Source: Candidatus Bathyarchaeia archaeon
GTDB lineage: Archaea; Thermoproteota; Bathyarchaeia; Bathyarchaeales; Bathycorpusculaceae
Assembly (NCBI GenBank): GCA_049516875.1
Contig: JBEKSS010000004.1
Location: 96,001 to 160,000 of the forward strand
Length of the DNA: 64,000 nucleotides
Reading direction: 5' to 3'
Below the pieces are notes generated by a model. The model was not told the DNA's origin. It did no database searches and was given only the letters and a program-made list of their open reading frames with translations. Shown here piece after piece: positions 59,956 to 64,000 of the stretch (positions within the stretch are counted from its first letter, which is position 1; every line of letters starts with the position of its first letter). The translations under genes and the position numbers were made by a program.

Positions 59956-60345
59956 TTGGGTAGGAGGGCATTTTCCTTTCAGACGGTTCGCGGGAGCCTT
60001 GCCGAAGTCTTGGCGGACCGTGATCTGGCTTCGTTGGGAGACGCGTTCGTGAACTTTGCGTATTCGCTTGCGCTGTCGAACAGGAGGCGGAAGCCGTTGG
60101 GTGTGAGAGTTAAGGGAAGCGTGCTCGCCGAAGGCTTGAGGAGGGCTGGGCTGAGGGAGTGTTTGGGTGGGAGGATGACTAGGCACGCGCTTGCGGACGC
60201 GGCGGAAGCGTTGATTGCGTATGCTTGGCTCAACGGTTACGTCACTCTGGACGAGTGTGTGGCTGTGATGGGGAAGACTGTAGACGCGGTTGAGGGTTTG
60301 AGCGCGTTGTTGGCAACGGTGAAAAAGAAGGTTACTTTTCCTTGA
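59956..60345 (+). CDS. Archaeal ribonuclease III-like protein
   Basis: LASLGDAFVNF.YSLA, LAEGLR, ADAAEALIAYAWL. Confidence 0.75.
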   Translation: MGRRAFSFQTVRGSLAEVLADRDLASLGDAFVNFAYSLALSNRRRKPLGVRVKGSVLAEGLRRAGLRECLGGRMTRHALADAAEALIAYAWLNGYVTLDECVAVMGKTVDAVEGLSALLATVKKKVTFP

Positions 60346-60616
60346 GAGCCCTAGTGAATTCTTTGTTGAATTCCTTGTTCATTTCGCGCGCGTTTCCCAA
60401 GGCGCTTCGCAAAACCTGTTCGGGCTTGACGGTGCCCTTCGTGCGGACGTAGATTACGGCGTTGGGAGTCATGGGGTGGGGTATGTCGTAGCCGGCCAGG
60501 TCCACGTTTTTTTCTTCCAATATTTTCTTCTGCAGGAGGTTGCACACCGTGTGGCCGGCTCCTTCGATTTCAATCTTGAGTTCGTTTGAGGTTTTTTTGA
60601 GCACGTTAACTTTCAT
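60332..60616 (-). CDS. rpoL: RNA polymerase subunit L (Rpo11)
   Basis: EIEG.GHT..NLL, AGY.IPHP. Confidence 0.93.
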   Translation of the reverse strand: MKVNVLKKTSNELKIEIEGAGHTVCNLLQKKILEEKNVDLAGYDIPHPMTPNAVIYVRTKGTVKPEQVLRSALGNAREMNKEFNKEFTRALKEK

Positions 60617-61217
60617 CCGGGCTCTCCTTCCTGTGGGGTATCAACCCTTTTCCATAATCAGAAGCTGTCTTGCGTTTTTCGATTCTTCCGCACTTTGGAC
60701 AGTGCATGCCTTGGCGTTTGGGTTCGAGCAGTGCGCCGCAGTTTGAGCAGAAGGCGTAGACGACGCCGAGGTTCTTGTCTTTTGTGGACAGGTGGTAGCT
60801 TCTGTTCTTTTCGCTGACCACTTGCGCCCTTATGATGTCGCCGGCTTTGCAGACGTCGTACATCGAGTCCACGTAACTCAGTGCCACGTCGGAAACGTGG
60901 AGGATGCCCGTGAAGACGCCGTTGATTTCTTCTTCGCCGATTTCGAAGATGCGTGCGCCAGCGGTGTCTGACTGTGCGTTCGAAACCTGTGCGAGAACCG
61001 TGGTGCCCACGGTTGGAACCCTTGAGGGGCCTGTGAGCTGGTGGACTTGGACGCGTCTGTGAACTAGGTCGATGAGGACGCGGCCGATGACCTTGGAGTA
61101 GATTACGCCGTCTTTGACGTATGTTCCGGCGTCGGGGATGAACTCTTCAATCACGCCTAGGCGGTCTCCGGGCACGGCTAGCTTGCCGGTTTTCTGTTCG
61201 CCCTGTTTTGAACTCAT
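60606..61217 (-). CDS. csl4: Exosome RNA-binding protein Csl4
   Basis: VPGDRLG.IEEF, S1 domain GILHVS, GDIIRA.V, LGVVYAFCSNCG...CPKCG..EKRK. Confidence 0.93.
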   Translation of the reverse strand: MSSKQGEQKTGKLAVPGDRLGVIEEFIPDAGTYVKDGVIYSKVIGRVLIDLVHRRVQVHQLTGPSRVPTVGTTVLAQVSNAQSDTAGARIFEIGEEEINGVFTGILHVSDVALSYVDSMYDVCKAGDIIRAQVVSEKNRSYHLSTKDKNLGVVYAFCSNCGALLEPKRQGMHCPKCGRIEKRKTASDYGKGLIPHRKESPDES

Positions 61218-61380
61218 CGTGTTTTTTTTCTCCTCGTCTTTCACGTTCGCGTCTGATGCTTGTTGGACGCGGGCGTTGAGTGAGCGTTTATAACTGTACT
61301 TTATGTGCCTGTGAATAAACCTTTTGATGAGACACGTTGGTTTGTAGGCTCATCATCTGGGAAGAAACATGGTGTGGCTT

Positions 61381-61600
61381 TGTGTTGTGTTTTGAGTCCT
61401 TGTGTTTGAGTACTCACTCCGTGATTTCTTTGAGTGTCAAAACATTGTTGAAGCATGTTGTTTCCGTGCTTTTTTTACTCAATTCTGCGAGGTTTTTGAG
61501 TGTCAAAACGTCGTTGTGGCGTGTTGGATGCGATGTTGAATTCGAGTTCCTGTGTTTGAGTGCTCAAACGGTGGTTTTTTTGTGGCTCAGATTGGAGTTA
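61381..61600. repeat. Degenerate tandem array of ~70 bp units containing TTTGAG-N2-CTCAAA-like palindromes
   Basis: TGTGTTTGAGT(A/G)CTCA at 61401 and 61551; TTTGAGTGTCAAAAC at 61429 and 61495; related copy at 12394. Confidence 0.7.
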
Positions 61601-61719
61601 GCGGGTGCGTTTGATGGGTGACTCTGCCTTGTTCTGGTGGCCCTTGGGGCTGTCCTGTGTTTTTTTAGGCTTTTCCAAAAGTTTGTTGTCTCGTGTGTTT
61701 GCAGCTTTGTTGTTGCGTT

Positions 61720-63072
61720 TCAATTCATGAATCGTTCAACGACGTTGTAGAGGACGCTTGTTCCGAACACGAGATTCTCTGTCGATATTCGTTCATCTAT
61801 CCCGTGGATGGTCTGCTGCATTTCCGAGTATGACGTTTCTGGACGGATAGGGTGAAAGCCGTAGCACACGCTGCCCATTTTTCTGAAGAAGCGGGAATCC
61901 GTTCCGCCGGTAAGCATGACCGGGGCCAAGCCGCTTTGGGGTTCAAACTCTTTCAAAACGTGCGCGATCAGCTCATAGAGCGAGGTGTTTAACGGTGACT
62001 CGGAGGGCTCATACGCGCGGATTGTTTCAAGGCTCAGTTTGTCTAAGCCCGCGTGTTTTAAGAGTTGTTTGACTTGGCTCAAGGCTTTCGTCGGGGTTTG
62101 ACCGGGGAGGACTCGACAGTCGAAGACTGCCTCACACTCTGATGGGATTATGTTTTCCTTTACTCCGCCATGGATGATAGTGGGTGCAACTGTCATTCTG
62201 AGTCTAGCTCGAAGCTCTTCCGCTAGGTACTTGTCTTTCTGAGCCAGTTTGTCCAATATCTGGTCACTCTTGATTGGGTTTCTGAGCAGAGCTGACAAGT
62301 CTCGAAGCTCGCTGGACTTTGCGAGTTCACCTAGATACTGTTTAACGGTTGGAACAAGCGAGACTTCCGGGCGGTAACCACCAAGCTTCTCAACGACCTT
62401 GTTCATCCGCAAGATCGCATTATCAGCAGCACCGGGCACTGAGCCGTGACCAGGCGTTCCGCCTGCCTTGACCTTGAACCACAGTATGCCCTTCTCCGCA
62501 GTGTTTATGGTGAACACGTTTTTTCCATCGACCTTCATCGCCATCCCTCCGCCCTCGTTCAAAACATAGTCCGCTCGGACTTTGTCCGGATGGTTTCGAA
62601 CGAGCCAGCCTGCGCCTGCCTCGCCGCCTTTCTCCTCGTCGGCCGTTGCGGCCAGTATCACGTCGCCCTTGAGTTTCACGCGGTTTCTTTTCAGAAGCTT
62701 CAGAGCCATCACCTCGACCGCCGTCATCCCCTTCATGTCCAATGCGCCGCGGCCCCAAACGAAACCGTCTTTCACCATGCCGCTGAACGGATCAACACTC
62801 CATTCCTTCGCGTTTGCAGCCACAACATCCAAATGTGAAAGCAAAAGCAAACTCGGCTTACTGCCCACTCCTTTGAGCCGAGTCACCACGCTGCCTCTTC
62901 CAGCCTCGGACTCGAACAGTTCACATCTGAAACCATCATGCTTCAATGTTTCTGCAACGTACTTGGCGGCTGCAGTCTCGTTTCCCGGTGGATTGGTCGT
63001 GTTTATTCGAATGAGTTCGCTCAGAAAACTGGTGACTTCTTCTTCGACTTGTCGAAACAGTTTCGTACGCAT
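61720..63072 (-). CDS. M20/M25/M40 family metallopeptidase
   Basis: NPPGNE, SHLDVV, GRGALDMK, DEE, NEGG, GHGS, GGTD, HGIDE. ATG at 63072 preferred as start. Confidence 0.92.
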   Translation of the reverse strand: MRTKLFRQVEEEVTSFLSELIRINTTNPPGNETAAAKYVAETLKHDGFRCELFESEAGRGSVVTRLKGVGSKPSLLLLSHLDVVAANAKEWSVDPFSGMVKDGFVWGRGALDMKGMTAVEVMALKLLKRNRVKLKGDVILAATADEEKGGEAGAGWLVRNHPDKVRADYVLNEGGGMAMKVDGKNVFTINTAEKGILWFKVKAGGTPGHGSVPGAADNAILRMNKVVEKLGGYRPEVSLVPTVKQYLGELAKSSELRDLSALLRNPIKSDQILDKLAQKDKYLAEELRARLRMTVAPTIIHGGVKENIIPSECEAVFDCRVLPGQTPTKALSQVKQLLKHAGLDKLSLETIRAYEPSESPLNTSLYELIAHVLKEFEPQSGLAPVMLTGGTDSRFFRKMGSVCYGFHPIRPETSYSEMQQTIHGIDERISTENLVFGTSVLYNVVERFMN

Positions 63073-63380
63073 CCTTCGTCGCCTGCTGTTCAGTTTGTGA
63101 TGCTGATTGCTTAAGACTTTCTGCGTAGACCACGTGAACGGTTCAACACGCCAAAATCTTGCACGTGTGATTCTGGGCTGCTTCACATATGGTTCAACTA
63201 ATCACTATCAAGTAGCACGCACGAAGAGTGCGGGAATTGCGACAGAAAGGTGTAGCGAAACAGGCGTTTTCTTTTCGGAAGGACACGAGTGAACTGTTGT
63301 GGTAGCAGGCCACGACCCACTCAATTCACCAAAAGTCTTAAAACATGTCGTTTATGAATGATTTAGTCGGAGAAACGTCT

Positions 63381-63743
63381 ATGGTTTACTGCACAAAGTG
63401 TGGAGCTCAGAACCCTGACGACGCCAAGACGTGCACCCAATGCGGCGCTTCATTGTACGCGACGGGAGAAACAGGTCGACAACGAGTCGAGGATGAGTGT
63501 GGGGGAAGCCGCCGTCGCGGCGAACCGTACAGACGAATGGAATATGAGTGCTTCGGTATCCCGAGAGGCGGCGCGGTTGTGGGTATCGCTATAGGCGTCA
63601 TCATTTTGCTCGCAGGCATCATATACTTCATGCAGCAAGCGAACCTGATTTCGTCAAGCGTCAGTGTGTGGCCGTTTGTGATAATCATCTTTGGAATTCT
63701 ACTTATCGTCGGCGCTCTGTACGGGCTGAGTCGAAGACGCTAA
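63381..63743 (+). CDS. Zinc-ribbon protein with two C-terminal TM helices
   Basis: MVYCTKCG.QN.DDA..CTQCG, ECFG, two hydrophobic helices including WP. Confidence 0.82.
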   Translation: MVYCTKCGAQNPDDAKTCTQCGASLYATGETGRQRVEDECGGSRRRGEPYRRMEYECFGIPRGGAVVGIAIGVIILLAGIIYFMQQANLISSSVSVWPFVIIIFGILLIVGALYGLSRRR

Positions 63744-64000
63744 CACACCAACCTTTCTTTCAGTTCTGCAAGGGAAACTGCACCTGAGACAGATTCTGTG
63801 ATGATCCCATTGCGAAATCATGACTCTGGTCAGAATCCACATCAGTACTAGGCCTGTTAGGTAAAGGTCAACAAATATACTGCGCACAAGTTGATCGATT
63901 CCGATTAACATCAAAGAGCTTCCCAAAACAAACAGCATGTTTGCGACTAAACGCGTCCAGCTCTTGAACTTGAATTGTACGAGCCCCAATACGGGTCCGA
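63699..64000 (-). CDS. Partial membrane protein; 5' end lies outside the window
   Basis: Frame open to the right edge; two hydrophobic segments and H.RIC..C...C. Confidence 0.6.
   Translation of the reverse strand, partial: GPVLGLVQFKFKSWTRLVANMLFVLGSSLMLIGIDQLVRSIFVDLYLTGLVLMWILTRVMISQWDHHRICLRCSFPCRTERKVGVLASSTQPVQSADDK

Noticed and set aside
59869-60186. Long N-terminal extension of the DUF99 ORF
   Set aside because: It overlaps the RNase III-like gene on the other strand; similarity begins near 59868.
61381-61600. CRISPR array (66 bp spacing of TTTGAGTGTCAAAAC)
   Set aside because: Repeats are short and irregular, the intervening sequences resemble each other, and no cas genes are nearby.
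12394-61600. Direct repeats as att sites of a 49 kb island
   Set aside because: The interval contains core genes (purB, hel308, tfs, rpoL) and no integrase.

Overview
Archaeal chromosomal segment. The gene set and protein styles (TFE, aMBF1, Trm56, Hel308, TFS, RpoL, Csl4, NAC, BHB-intron tRNA, DUF354/DUF2110/DUF5752/DUF2095-type proteins) are most consistent with Bathyarchaeia, which is an inference. From left to right it holds: a partial multi-PAS/GAF sensor; a conserved informational block (nac, PUA, mbf1-hflX-trm56-tfe-HD-DUF2110); dapA-like and tRNA-Val; a ~19 kb surface-glycan locus (12.9-31.4 kb) that includes a TPP E1 alpha/beta pair and traces of gene replacement; an Fe-S/sulfur operon; hel308, purB and asnB; a ribophorin-I-like protein; a cluster of Pro-rich/Zn-ribbon membrane proteins; a two-intron tRNA-Arg(CCG); a variable region (52-58.8 kb) with a truncated sugar oxidoreductase and a decayed orphan terminase pair; and the tfs-DUF99-rpoL-csl4 block. 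The strongest leads are: (1) an IscS-like pseudoenzyme co-encoded with IscU, an intact SufS and a small Cys-bearing protein; (2) (TA)GCGCGC palindromes concentrated at junctions of inserted or decayed DNA; (3) two unrelated neighbouring proteins sharing a CPTCGGPLxYIQQYQRWYC tail; and (4) a ~60 bp non-coding repeat found 49 kb apart. Product calls rest on motif recognition only; no searches were run.
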